A program made the position numbers and the translations under genes. DNA of 64,000 nucleotides from Octopus sinensis (lineage: Eukaryota). Each line of letters starts with the position of its first letter. Position 1 is the first letter of the stretch. This document shows, piece by piece, positions 10,279 to 21,370 of the stretch. The stretch is from positions 183,892,001 to 183,956,000 of the forward strand of contig NC_042997.1 in NCBI RefSeq assembly GCF_006345805.1. The letters run 5' to 3'. The notes beneath the pieces were generated by a model that saw only the letters and a program-made list of their open reading frames with translations, was not told the origin of the DNA and did no database searches.

Positions 10279-11918
10279 CTGAAATGAATTAATTTTATTA
10301 CAAGATAATGTCATGTAACATTAAACAAGAAATGAGTTAGTTGTTTAAGCTCAGGTCAACATTCATTAATGCTTACGTGTTATGAAAATAAGGAATAAAC
10401 AATTTAACAATGATTGGATAACAAGTAAGGAAATTTTATATTGCTATGAAAAAAAAATGTTATAACATATAGAACCAAAATAGAAACATGCACACATTTT
10501 ACAACTAGTGCACAAAGAGAAAAAATGTGGGCACTCAGGGTTTTCAAGATGAAAAAAAGTATTTTTTAATTGAAAGAATTCATCATGTAATTTCATAATA
10601 AAATCTTTAAGATAATATGCATTTGCTTAGGTGATCAATATGACATTGAAATAATGGCTATTTGTATGAAGGAGCACATACTTCACAAATAAAGAGAAAA
10701 TTTGCACCAACAAATTTCTATACACGCACGCACACACACACAGAGCAAAAAGTTAGAGGGAACAATGGTGGAAAATTTAAAAAGCTGTGTGGTAAGTAGC
10801 TTGCTTATGAAGCACATGGTTCCAGGTTCAGTCCCACTGCATGGCACCTTGGGCAAGTATCTTCTACTATAGCCTCAGGCCGACCAAAGCCTTGTGAGTG
10901 GATTTGGAAGACGGAAACTGAAAGAAGCCCGTCGTATATATATGTATGTATGTGTGTATACATTTGTGTGTCTGTGTTTGCCCCCCAACATCGCTTGACA
11001 ACCGATGCTGGTGTGTTTACATCCCTGTAACTTAGCTGGTTCGGCAAAAGAGACCGATAGAATAAGTACTAGGCTTACAAAGAGTAAGTCCTGGGGTCGA
11101 TTTGCTCGACTAAAGGTGGTGCTCCAGCATGGCCACAATCAAAAGACTGAAACATGTAAAGAGAGAGTATAACATTTGCTGGTAACCCAATCAATAAGCC
11201 CAGCACTAACATCAGCTCAATGTGGCAACCTTTTCTCAATGATTAATTTAAATACACTAAAAATGTAACCTTAACCCTTTAGCATTTAAACTGGCCGTAT
11301 CCGGCCAAAAGTATTCTGCCTGTTTTATGTTCAAACTGGCCAGATCTGGTCTCTCACACCAACCCTACAATATCGCTTTAAAAATTAACAGCTACTTCAT
11401 TAAAATCTCAAGATAATGTGTGATTAGTTCAAAACAAAGTGGATAAAAAGCATTAATTTTGGTAGAATAATGCAAACACTAAAGGGTTAATTGTACATGC
11501 ATCATGGACTAATGAATAAGAGCAGGTGGTATTACCCTTATTTCTAAAAATAAAGCTTCCTAGTACTGGTATTTATGTATACATTCAGAAAATAAGACAC
11601 ACTGACGATTAATGACCAAAACTTAAAGTACATGATAATATATTTTTAATCACTAAGATCAGGCTAATCATCTGAAAAATTATAATCCTATTAGCTTGTC
11701 TTAGACATTTAGATATTTATTCAGTTTTGCTTTTACCAACAGTAAGATTTATATGCAGGCTTGAACAACAACAAGGTGGTTTATAGTTTAAAAAATGACA
11801 TAACAGAACAAATTAGATGAAAAGATTAAGATTGCATGTTATCATTAAGTCTGTCTTTTGAAAATCCTGTTTGAAATATGAGACAAAATATCAGAATATT
11901 TCAAAAAAGACTCAACTA

Positions 11919-12440
11919 CCGTAAATCCTCGAGTATAATCTGCATTTTACCCCCAAAATTTAGAGGTCAAAATCCCTAGTGTGTACTATATACGAGGTTA
12001 AAAATGAAAAATATTTTCTAAGCAATGTCCGAGTCTCTATTTGCTGTCCAGCAATGTTTATTCAGATGCATTTTGTGATGTTGGGCACGAAAATACTTTA
12101 AGCTAAGCCTGAAAGCAATGAAGTCATAAAAGAATCATCCATAGCTTGCAGTAAGCAACATTTATTAAAATAAAAGTATTCAGAACACAGAATAACATGT
12201 AACAAAAACAATTTGCAAACATATTTACATTCCCATATAACAGTTAAGAACATCACCATTATTGTATTATGCATGCGCAGAAGTGTTTGTTCGATTAGGT
12301 GCTGCTGGCTTAATTACGCACGACTCAAGTTAGAGAGGGGGTGCATATTATACACAAGGTTTAGCTTTTTCAGAGGTACAGCCCCCTAAAAATCCCCTGC
12401 ATATTATACTCAAGGGCGGACTATACTCGAGGATTTACGG
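11919..12440. mobile_element. Tc1/mariner-superfamily (Tc2/pogo-like) MITE, 522 bp
   Basis: Perfect TIR ccgtaaatcctcgagtata / tatactcgaggatttacgg with TA on both sides. CCGTA termini are typical of Tc2-like elements. Confidence 0.8.
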
Positions 12441-12977
12441 TATTTGATCCAAGAAGCAATTAATACATCAGTTTTATCCTTTCCACTCAACAGAATACTT
12501 ATTCCATTTAACCCCCATATTCATCAATTATAGAAGCAAGATAACAGTTTATTTTAACCTTTTAGCATTCAGATTACTCTGTCAAATGTCATGCTTATTA
12601 ACATTGTTTTGAATTAATTACGCATTATGTCATAGCTTTGAGATTTCACTGATGTGATTATTTATTTTCAGAATGACATTGTAGGGTAGGTATGAGAGGC
12701 CAGATCTGGCCAGTTTCAACATAAAACAGTAAAAAAATATTGCCTGGATATGGTCGATTTAAATGCTAAGGATTAAACTCCCTTAATGTTTATGGAATGA
12801 GACGACTGGGTGCGATTGTTTGGATGCTGACAATTTGGCATGATCAACTGGACATGGAACCTGTTTTGGTGGTGGCTATTTTAGGCACTGGAGTCAAACA
12901 CAAGCTCACACCCACATGCATAGATATACATACACAGACAGAAAGTGGGAAATAGAGAGACATTACAATTTAATTCT

Positions 12978-13238
12978 TATTTCTTTATTGCCCACAATTA
13001 AGATTGCATGAAAGAACTATCGATCTGTCAATCCTACCGGTGTCCAGACCGGATGAGTTTTCCCGTGTTGTGTCAAATTAAGCCGCAGGCTCCACTCCTG
13101 GTGGGGACAAACAAGGACAGACGAAGTGATTAAGTCGATTGCATAACTGGTACTTAATTTATCGACCCTGAATTTATCGACAAAATACTGCTAAGCATTT
13201 CGCCTGGTGCGCTAACGTTTCTGCCAGCTCGCCACCTT
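12978..13238 (-). mobile_element. tRNA-SINE family A copy (rearranged) carrying an 18S rRNA insert, with an 18-bp TSD
   Basis: TSD acattacaatttaattct at 12960-12977 and 13239-13256. Head aaggtggcgagctggcagaaacgttagc and tail ttgtgggcaataaagaaataag. Confidence 0.9.
13008..13103 (-). pseudogene. ~95-nt 18S rRNA fragment (helix 30-31 region onward) embedded in a SINE
   Basis: The minus strand reads caccaggagtggagcctgcggcttaatttgacacaacacgggaaaactcatccggtctggacaccggtaggattgacagatcgatagttctttc, which matches the universally conserved eukaryotic 18S segment. Confidence 0.92.
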
Positions 13239-13791
13239 ACATTACAATTTAATTCTATTCAACCCAATTAACATAAACACCTCCCCTCTCCTCACATACA
13301 CAAAAAGGGGAGAGAGAGAGAGAGAGAGAGATGTGTTTGTAAAAAAAGGGGTCACATCATACATCTTGATGTTTTCTCTGATTTTTCTGCTTACAGTGAC
13401 AAAATTTCAATTCCTTCTCAATTCTACTTTGTCAAAGATGTACAGGAATTCACTGTGAGAAAACCACCCTTTTCTACATTTCATCTATATTTCACCAACC
13501 ATTATGTACATAAGTGTAGCAGAAAGTTAAATGAAGTTGAGTAGTTGTGGTTGCAAAATAGTTGTCAACTAGAAGAAAAACAAAATTTTCACAGTGCCAA
13601 ATGGTTCTGGGAACAAAATGTCTGAAATCAAATAAGTCAGTTTTGAATCATTAATGCCAAATAGGTAGGACCAAAACAGTTGTGTCAAAGTGTTTCCTAT
13701 CTTGATATTTAACAACTCCCATTTTTTAACAAGGAATTTTGCATTCACTTTTCCAATAATCATTGAAAATTTCACTAAATTCAGACATTAC

Positions 13792-13864
13792 CTGCCCTTC
13801 TAGTCTGGTTACAGGATATTTCTTTTTCATAGGTATCCAGCCTCTATTCACCATAATAATAATA
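13792..13864 (-). CDS. SURF1: SURF1 exon 5: (D)IIIMVNRGWIPMKKKYPVTRLEGQ
   Basis: CAG acceptor and GTAATG donor, 73 nt. Contains the hallmark VNRGW.P motif. Confidence 0.96.
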
Positions 13865-14465
13865 CTGAAAAGAAAAATTGACAGTAAAAACAAACTAAAA
13901 TACATATAAATGTAAGATAGGAACATAAAGTAACAGCTATTAAAACAAAATGTTGATTTCTGATATAACACAAGACATCTGAAGAAAGCTGGAGTGCACA
14001 ACTGAAACATACTGAAAGCAAAAAATCAAGATGAGGACACCAATCTGACTAATATAAACAGTATACATACACAAAATGTGTACTAATTAAAAGAACATTT
14101 TAAACTCTTGTGTTATAATATATTTTCTGTGTTATAATATATTGACTTCAAGTGACTGCAACAAAGGTGTCTGGCATACATTGTGAGACATATCCAATTC
14201 ATGGTTATATGTGGCACTTGTGCTGGTGCCCTGTCAAAAGCACCCAGAACACACTATGGAGTGGTTGGTGTAAAGAAAGGAAAAAAACAATGCCAGAACA
14301 GACAATGTAGCCAGGTGAAGTCCCTGGACTTACCAGCTTCAGTAAAACCACCCAATCCATGCCAGCATGGAAAATAGACATTAAATGATGATGATGATGA
14401 CACCAAGATTGCAAAAATTTTCACAAGGCCATCACTTAGAAACTGAGAGAATCTTCTGAATTCTG

Positions 14466-14700
14466 AAGGCGGCGAGCTGGCAGAAACGTTAGCAGTTCGG
14501 GCGAGATGCTTAGCGGTATTTCGTCTGCCGCTACGTTCTGAGTTCAAATTCCGCCGAGGTTGACTTTGCCTTTCATCCTTTCAGGGTCAATAAATTAAGG
14601 ACCAGTTACGCACTGGGGTCGATGAAAACAAATTAATCCCTTTGTCTGTCCTTGTTTGTCCCCTCTGTGTGTGACCCCTTGTGGGCAGTACAGAAATAAG
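14466..14700 (+). mobile_element. tRNA-SINE family A (~240 bp); other copies in the cluster 15215-16050 and at 26770-26960, 39412-39635, 40186-40660(-, tandem pair), 43600-43840(-), 53240-53345(-) and 63265-63470
   Basis: A box tggcagaaacgttagc, B box gagttcaaattcc, central gcctttcatcctttcggggtcgataaattaagtacc. TSD agaatcttctgaatt flanks this copy, and a 22-bp TSD flanks the 39412 copy. Confidence 0.88.
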
Positions 14701-14922
14701 AATCTTCTGAATTTAACACAATGTAAAATAGATTTATACTTTTTATGTCAGTAGTAGCATTCTAGAGAGTTGTAGATGTATTCTGGCAGTTGAGGACTGT
14801 GTGGGCAGGGGCTTGCAGTGGTATCAAACTGTGCCTCTGGTATGTTCAGATGATCTTAAGTAGTTTTGCTTCAAAAGAAAACAAAATGCCTTTCAGATAA
14901 TGAAGCAAAGTAAATAACTTAC

Positions 14923-15111
14923 TCTCTGTCTGACAGTTTGAATGGAGTTATGACGTTCATGCCAACTTTTTTAACAGCATCACGATTCACTAGTTTTGGA
15001 TCAAAATCCTCAACAAAGTTTGAGCGAGGTGCTATTGTAAACTCATCTTTGTGCATGAATCTTCCTTTCACTCTGATTCTGCGGTATTCAAGATTTTCAA
15101 GTTCTTCAAGA
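14923..15111 (-). CDS. SURF1: SURF1 exon 4: (D)LEELENLEYRRIRVKGRF...GMNVITPFKLSDR
   Basis: TAG acceptor and GTAAGT donor, phase 2/2. Contains the LEYR.V.V.G.F and VITPF motifs. Confidence 0.96.
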
Positions 15112-17114
15112 CTAAAAGGAAAAAAAAAAAAGAAAAATATTATAACAATGAAGTAACAAAGTGAAAAGTTAAGAGACAATAAGTAGAAAACATGGAAAAC
15201 TAAGAATTTTTAAAGTGGTAAACTGGCAAAATCATTAGCATGCCAGGCAAAATGCTTAGCGACGTTTTGTCCACCTTCACATTCTGAGTTCAAATTCTGC
15301 CAAAGTCAACTTCGCCTTTTATCCTTTTGGGGTCAATGAAGTAAGTACCAGTTGAGCACTGGGGTTGATAAAAATCAACTTAACCACTCCACTGAACTTG
15401 CTGGCCTTGTGCCAAAATTTGAAACTAATATAATTAACATGCCTCAAAGAAATGAGCTGGCAGAAACGTTAGCACGCAGGGTGAAATGCTTAGCGGTATT
15501 TTGTCTGCCACTACGTTCTGAGTTCAAATTCTGCCGAGGTCAACCTTGCCTTTCATCCTTTTGGGGTCAATTAAATAAGTACCAGTTACGCACTGGGGTC
15601 CATATAATCGACTTAAACCGTTGGTCTGTCCTTGTTTGTCCTCTCTGTGTCTAGCCCCTTGTGGGTAATAAAGAAATAGGTATTTCATCTGCCGCTATGT
15701 TCTGAGTTCAAATTCTGCCAAGGTCGACTTTGCCATTCATCCTTTCGGGGTCGATAAATTAAGTAACAGTTACGCACTGGGGTCGATGTAATCGACTTAA
15801 TCCCTTTGTCTGTTCCCTTTATGTTTAGCCCCTTGTGGGCAATAAAGAAATAAGAAGCATTAGATCATTGGATAAAATGCCTAGCAGTATTTCTACTAAC
15901 TTGTTACATTCTGAGTTCAAATTCTGTTAGGGTCAATCTTGCCTTTCATCCCTCCATGGTTGATAAAATGAAGTACCATTCAAGTAATAGGATCAACGGT
16001 AATAATTAATGCCCTCCCCTCAGAATTGCTGGCCCTAGCCAAAAATATGTGAAACCATTATCATTCTGTGCTTTTATAGGACACTTTCTCACATTAATAC
16101 ATATTGATAATACCTCAAGTATCATCACTCTCTTCCTCCTTTCAATCATTAGTACATCTGTAACACAAGCTCCATTTATCTGCTTTGATTTTGTTATTTA
16201 TTCTGTATTTTTTATGTAGTAGAAGCCAAGAAGCCAGGGTGGTGTACAGCCAGCTGAGAGGTTAGTAGTTTGTATCCAGTCACCAGCACTGGTGTGTCCA
16301 TAGACAGGGTAAATGGCCAACCAAGATGAAAATACATAATACAGAGTAGGAACAACTCTAGCACTGTTGTTGTTCTAGTAATTACGTAACCCTGGTCATA
16401 CCCTAGTCAAGCAGACTCATGCCATTTATGTAGTTAGTTGAATAGCTGTGATGTGAAATCTAACAGTCCAGAGCTTATGTATAGTTGAGGAGCATATAGG
16501 TATAGACATGGCTTTGTAGTTGAGAAGTTTGCTTTGTGAGAGAATATGGTGATGACAAGGAAATGACAACTTCTACATGTGCAAGACTAAAGAGTCCTCT
16601 CTATCTTATGCTATATCTATTTGTTGGTAACATGACTGAGAGAGTGATAAAAAGAGAGTGATGGCAGAGAGAAAACCAGAGTGATAGGAGTGAAAGGGTA
16701 ATAGAGGAATAAAAACTTTTATATGCTGGTTTTTGGTAAGGAGATTGAATAGAAAATAGCGTAAGTGGTGTGATGAAGGAAGTGAGAAGAAGAACACAGT
16801 GACAGAGGAGGGAGAACTGGAAATAAGAGAGAAAAAGCAATGGGGGATAGAGTGATGGATAGCAATAAACATGCATAATGAAAGTGAGTAAATGAGTGAT
16901 GGATGTTAATAATGGTTGATAGAGGGGGAAGTAAAGGGAGAGAGAGACAGAGTTATAGTTAGCAACAGAGTATGATGATAGCTAGAATGACACATGGAGG
17001 GTATTTTGTTGATTCTGCAGCTATCATAAATTGTCTGAAGTTTGGAGTGAGTGGAAATAGAATGTAGAGGTTAGATGTATATTTTCAGGACAAGCGTTTC
17101 TAGAATATTTTAGT

Positions 17115-17503
17115 ATAAAATTATTAACCATCTTACAAACAATAACACTGAGCCCCTTTTCAAACTCCACCTGTCTAATACCTATGGACATGTTTACAAA
17201 GTCAGAAAACAGCACAGTTCCCATGACTTTCGGAAACATTTTTTTACGCTGAGAGTTGCTGAAGCATGGAACAAACTGCCGGCATCAGTTGTTAGTTGTC
17301 GGAGCACTGCATCCTTCAAAACTTCCATGCTTCCTGAGATTCGCCAATACTACACCTGATTTTCTCCCCTCCATACACACGCAAGCATGTATCTGACTCA
17401 TATACTGTTCGCTTTCCAGACATTTGTACATTACTGCATATGCTTTATACGCACTTTTGACAAGTTGTGGTGCACCTGAGCACTGTATACAATAATTTCA
17501 TTA
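17115..17503 (+). mobile_element. CR1-like LINE 3' end; a second, longer copy lies at ~56700-57160
   Basis: Translates to GHVYKVRKQHSSHDFRKHFFTLRVAEAWNKLPASVV...FK, matching the CR1-type C-terminal TRGH..K...R..FF..RV...WN.LP motif. Shared 3' UTR ends aataatttcattat. Confidence 0.8.
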
Positions 17504-17848
17504 TACATTTATGAACCATCACCCATCAAAGCACATGTTTCTGATTAAAGGCTGCATATAATAGCTATTACTTGTTTAAATCATCTTGTAGTAGGGTAAT
17601 TCATTATCAAGTGGATATCTTATGAAACTGCAATGGTCAAATAAAACAAAATTGCATCCAAGACCATTTTTATACTTACTCCTACCTTGTATACTCTCAA
17701 CTACACTTTTTCACTATCAGCTTCTTTGTAGTACGTATGCACTTGTCATTTCATGATGCACATCTAATCATTCATAGCAACTCATTCTTTCTTATTCTCA
17801 GTTACAAAATTAGTGAAAATGAAATGTGAAACATAAGAGCTCCCTTAC

Positions 17849-17970
17849 TCTTCGGGTAGAGAAATAGGCTCTGCCATAGTGCGATCCTCAAGCATCTTAA
17901 TCAAATCAAGTTTCCATTCTCGACGACGAACTTGCCATGTCCCAAGGCCAAAAGTTGTTATAGGGATTAT
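17849..17970 (-). CDS. SURF1: SURF1 exon 3: [40 protein letters not shown]
   Basis: CAG acceptor and GTAAGG donor. Contains the hallmark [12 protein letters not shown] motif (first TM segment). Confidence 0.97.
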
Positions 17971-19852
17971 CTGGAAAAATAAAGAAGTATAAAACAATAC
18001 AACTGTAAGTGTTTGGATTATTTACTGTATTTTTAGAGGTATATATGACTGGCTTGATGCTGAATAGTTGTGAAAACATAGGCAATGAATACAGCAACTA
18101 AAGACAAATTATGCTGTGTAACACAATTTTTGTCCTTGAGTAGCAACTGTTATTTCTAATTTGCTTACTCCTAGAAAGTATGAAAAGCAGCTATTTCCTT
18201 CAAACTTTTCTTTTGTTTCATTTATTCAAACCCCAAAGAATCCTTCTCGACACATGACTATGATGCTCCCCAATAACTCCTACTCATGATCAGAGATGCA
18301 CATATTGTCAGCCACTAAGGGACATGCTCAACTGATTAACCCTTTCGTTACTGTATTTATTTTGAAATGCTCTGTTTCTTTCAATTACTTTATATATAAC
18401 AAAGAATTTAGTAAAACTTAGTTATCGTTAAGCTAGTATTAGGAACATAAATTGTGACTAAGGTTTGATGGAAGATCTTAATTCAAAACTTATGAAAACA
18501 AGACATTTATACTCAGAGCCAGAGCTGGCTTCAGCCGGGTTGGTAACAAAAGGGTTAAGGTGAAGCAACTGACAAGCAAATCTTTGGTATTGAGCAGAAT
18601 ATTTGTTATGATGATATTTCTGCTTCAGCAACTTAATGCCGAATCTGTCTGGAATGTAATGGAAAATTGGCCAGTTTCAAAACATTGGTGTCCAGATCAC
18701 AAAAGTTTGAAGGGAACAGTAGTTATTTCCTTTGATTTCTAGACAGAAGCAAATAGAAAATAACACTTACTGAACGACAAAAAAAAAATGTTACACAGTG
18801 TTGAGATAACATTGCACATTGGATGCACCATGTTAACTCCATACAGCTACAATGATATGAACATGTACTGTGAATGAGTGGTATATGTTGGGTTGCAAGA
18901 ATGTTATGGATTGTAACCATGCTTGAGACAAATGAAGGAACTCCAGGAAAAGGCTTTTAAGCTAAACCTGAGAATGCTGGACCTCACAGTTGTGATGTCA
19001 CAAATTTTAGACAAATAAAACTGTTGACTCTTTCAAACATAAGATATAAGGACAAGGAGAATAATAATGACAATGATATCATTATTCATAGAATTCACAA
19101 TTAGACTGAATTTCTAAAAAGAAGTTATTGTCTTCTTATTGTTAACAATAGAAAAGAATTATATTTTATGAACTCGGGAGGTTTTAGAGGGTGGTTGTGT
19201 CTGAAGAAGAATTGGGCAAAATACTTCATGCAGGTTTTATCCAAGATGTCAGACACAGAGGTAGCAAGAGGAGAGATGGGTGTCTGGTTGGCTTGAGTGG
19301 AGGGTATAACTGTCCCTGAATGAAGCAGAGTATTGAGAAAAACCTTTTGCAACTACAACCATTCGTCTCTTTTTTCTTTTAATTCAAACTACTTCATCCA
19401 ATGCTTCCTTACACTTTAACCCTTTCATTACCATATTTATTTTGAGATGCTCTGTGTTTCTTCCAATCAATTTTAAATATAAGAAAGAATTTAGTAAAAT
19501 AACTTAGTTATCATTAAACTAGTGTTAGGAACATAAATTATGACTAAGGTTTGGTGGAAGATTTTAATTCAGAACATTTGAAACAAGACATTTGTACTAC
19601 AGAGCCAGAGGTGGTTTCAGCTGGGTTGGTAACAAAAGGGTTAAAGAGGAAATGGTGATTTAGTAACAATTCATGGCAAGTACAAAGACCACAGTCTCAT
19701 TTTTTACTGGTGATAAATACAGTGGTCTGCAGCACTCAAAACATCCTAACCAAACCAAAGTTGTAACAAATGAGGAAATACACATATTTTTTTATTCCTA
19801 GAGGTTAAGATCTACTATTTTATAACACTCAAACTAATGGTATGCATAATTT

Positions 19853-20222
19853 GTGGAGGCGCAATGACCCAGTGGTTAGGGCAGCGGACTCGCGGTTTCG
19901 ATTCCCAGACCGGGCGTTGTGAGTGTTTATTGAGCGAAAACACCTAAAGCTCCACGAGGCTCCGGCAGGGGATGGTGGTGATCCCTGCTGTACTTTTTCA
20001 CCATAACTTTCTCTCACTCTTACTTCCTGTTTCTGTTGTACCTGTATTTCAAAGGGCCGGCCTTGTCACTCTCTGTGTCACGCTGAATATCCCCGAGAAC
20101 TATGTTAAGGGTACACGTGTCTGTGGAGTGCTCAGCCACTTACACGTTAATTTCACGAGCAGGCTGTTCCGTTGATTCGGATCAACCGGAACCCTCATCG
20201 TCGTAACCGACGGAGTGCTTCC
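19853..20222 (+). mobile_element. tRNA-derived SINE family C (~370 bp)
   Basis: A/B-box-like head (cccagtggttaggg, ggtttcgattccc). TSD atgcataattt at 19842-19852 and 20223-20233. Empty-site paralog at ~22835. Confidence 0.85.
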
Positions 20223-20503
20223 ATGCATAATTTAATAACATTTCTTCCCAGCAGTTCCTTTTTCATTTAGAGAAGCAAATGTAATAGTAGTAGTAAAAGA
20301 AAGCGGAAATAATGTATCAGTGATCTGGTAACAGTAATGTATTGGCAAATGACTTTTTGCTAATCAGACAAATGTCATTCTTTTAGATGCACTATGTGAG
20401 TGTGTGTGTGTGTTACAGTAACATTGTCACAGAGGGTTATGAGTTTACTTGAGATTTGCATTGAGTTAATAGCTAAGCAGAGTTGATTGGTATTTTCTGG
20501 GTC

Positions 20504-20551
<48 letters not shown>

Positions 20552-20552
20552 A
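20504..20552. repeat. (GA)n microsatellite
   Basis: Uninterrupted GA run. Confidence 0.95.
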
Positions 20553-21253
20553 AGAGCCTTGTCTTTGAAATGCAGTTTCGGTAATGTTATTTATATGAGT
20601 GAGGTTGTTCATCATCATCATTGTTTAACGTTGGTTTTCCGTGCTAGCATGGGTTGGACAGTTCGACCGGGGTTCTGGGAAGCCAGGAGGCTGCACCAGG
20701 CTGATCTGACAATGTTTCTACAGCTGGATGCCCTTCCTAACACCAACCACTCTGTGAATGTAGTGGGTGCTTTCTACGTGCCACCGGCACAGGGGCCAGA
20801 GGTGGCTGGCAATGGCCACAATCGGTCGGTGCTTTTTACGTGCCACACCAACCGATCGTAGCCATTGCCAGCCTCCTCAGGGACTGGGAGGCCCAGTTTT
20901 TGCAGCAATTTTGTAAGTCATGCATTTGGAGAAAGGGTATGATACAACTGTTCCCTTCATATATACATAATGTGTGTGACTTACTGCTGATGATAGAAAC
21001 TAGGCCATGATGTCCTGCAAGTTTTTCTTTGATAGCATATCAGTTTATCAGAGGTAACATAGGTCCCAGATGATCTTAAGCCTAATCCTGACAGTTTGGT
21101 GAAGTGGAGAACCTAAACTTAACTGTATTGTGCAAAAAAACAATGAAAAGGCCCTCGTGAATTCCAAATCAGACATTATGATTTTAAGGTCTGATAATTA
21201 ATTCATTCAACTATTTTACTACTACAATAGAATACAAAATAAAAAGTGCTTAC

Positions 21254-21370
21254 CAAGAGTACATATCCTGAAGGAGCTGATTTCTTTTTGGATACATATG
21301 GTTTGAGGCGAGGAACTTGTGAAGAATACTGCTTCAGTGATAAACTCTTTAGAACAGAACATCTTTTGGG
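21254..21370 (-). CDS. SURF1: SURF1 exon 2: PKRCSVLKSLSLKQYSSQVPRLKPYVSKKKSAPSGYVLL
   Basis: TAG acceptor and GTAAGC donor, 117 nt, phase 0/0. Basic, Ser-rich and acid-free, like a mitochondrial presequence. Runs in frame into exon 3 (YVLL|IIP). Confidence 0.85.

Noticed and set aside
9355-10314. Hydrophobic ORFs resembling an RTE ORF1 or a membrane peptide
   Set aside because: They derive from (ttattc/ttcc)-type simple repeats. The 9994-10314 ORF is SURF1 exon 6 read through into the intron.
13008-13103. Functional rRNA gene or contaminant
   Set aside because: Only ~95 nt, carrying transitions, and embedded in a TSD-flanked SINE within an intron.
16560-16990. ORFs 16601-16876 and 16606-16872 over a purine-rich tract
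   Set aside because: Low-complexity GA-rich DNA produces Leu/Ser/Phe-rich pseudo-ORFs.
19853-19925. tRNA-like sequences here and at the heads of SINE families A, B and D
   Set aside because: A/B boxes are present but there is no complete cloverleaf or anticodon arm. They continue into SINE bodies with TSDs, so they are not tRNA genes.
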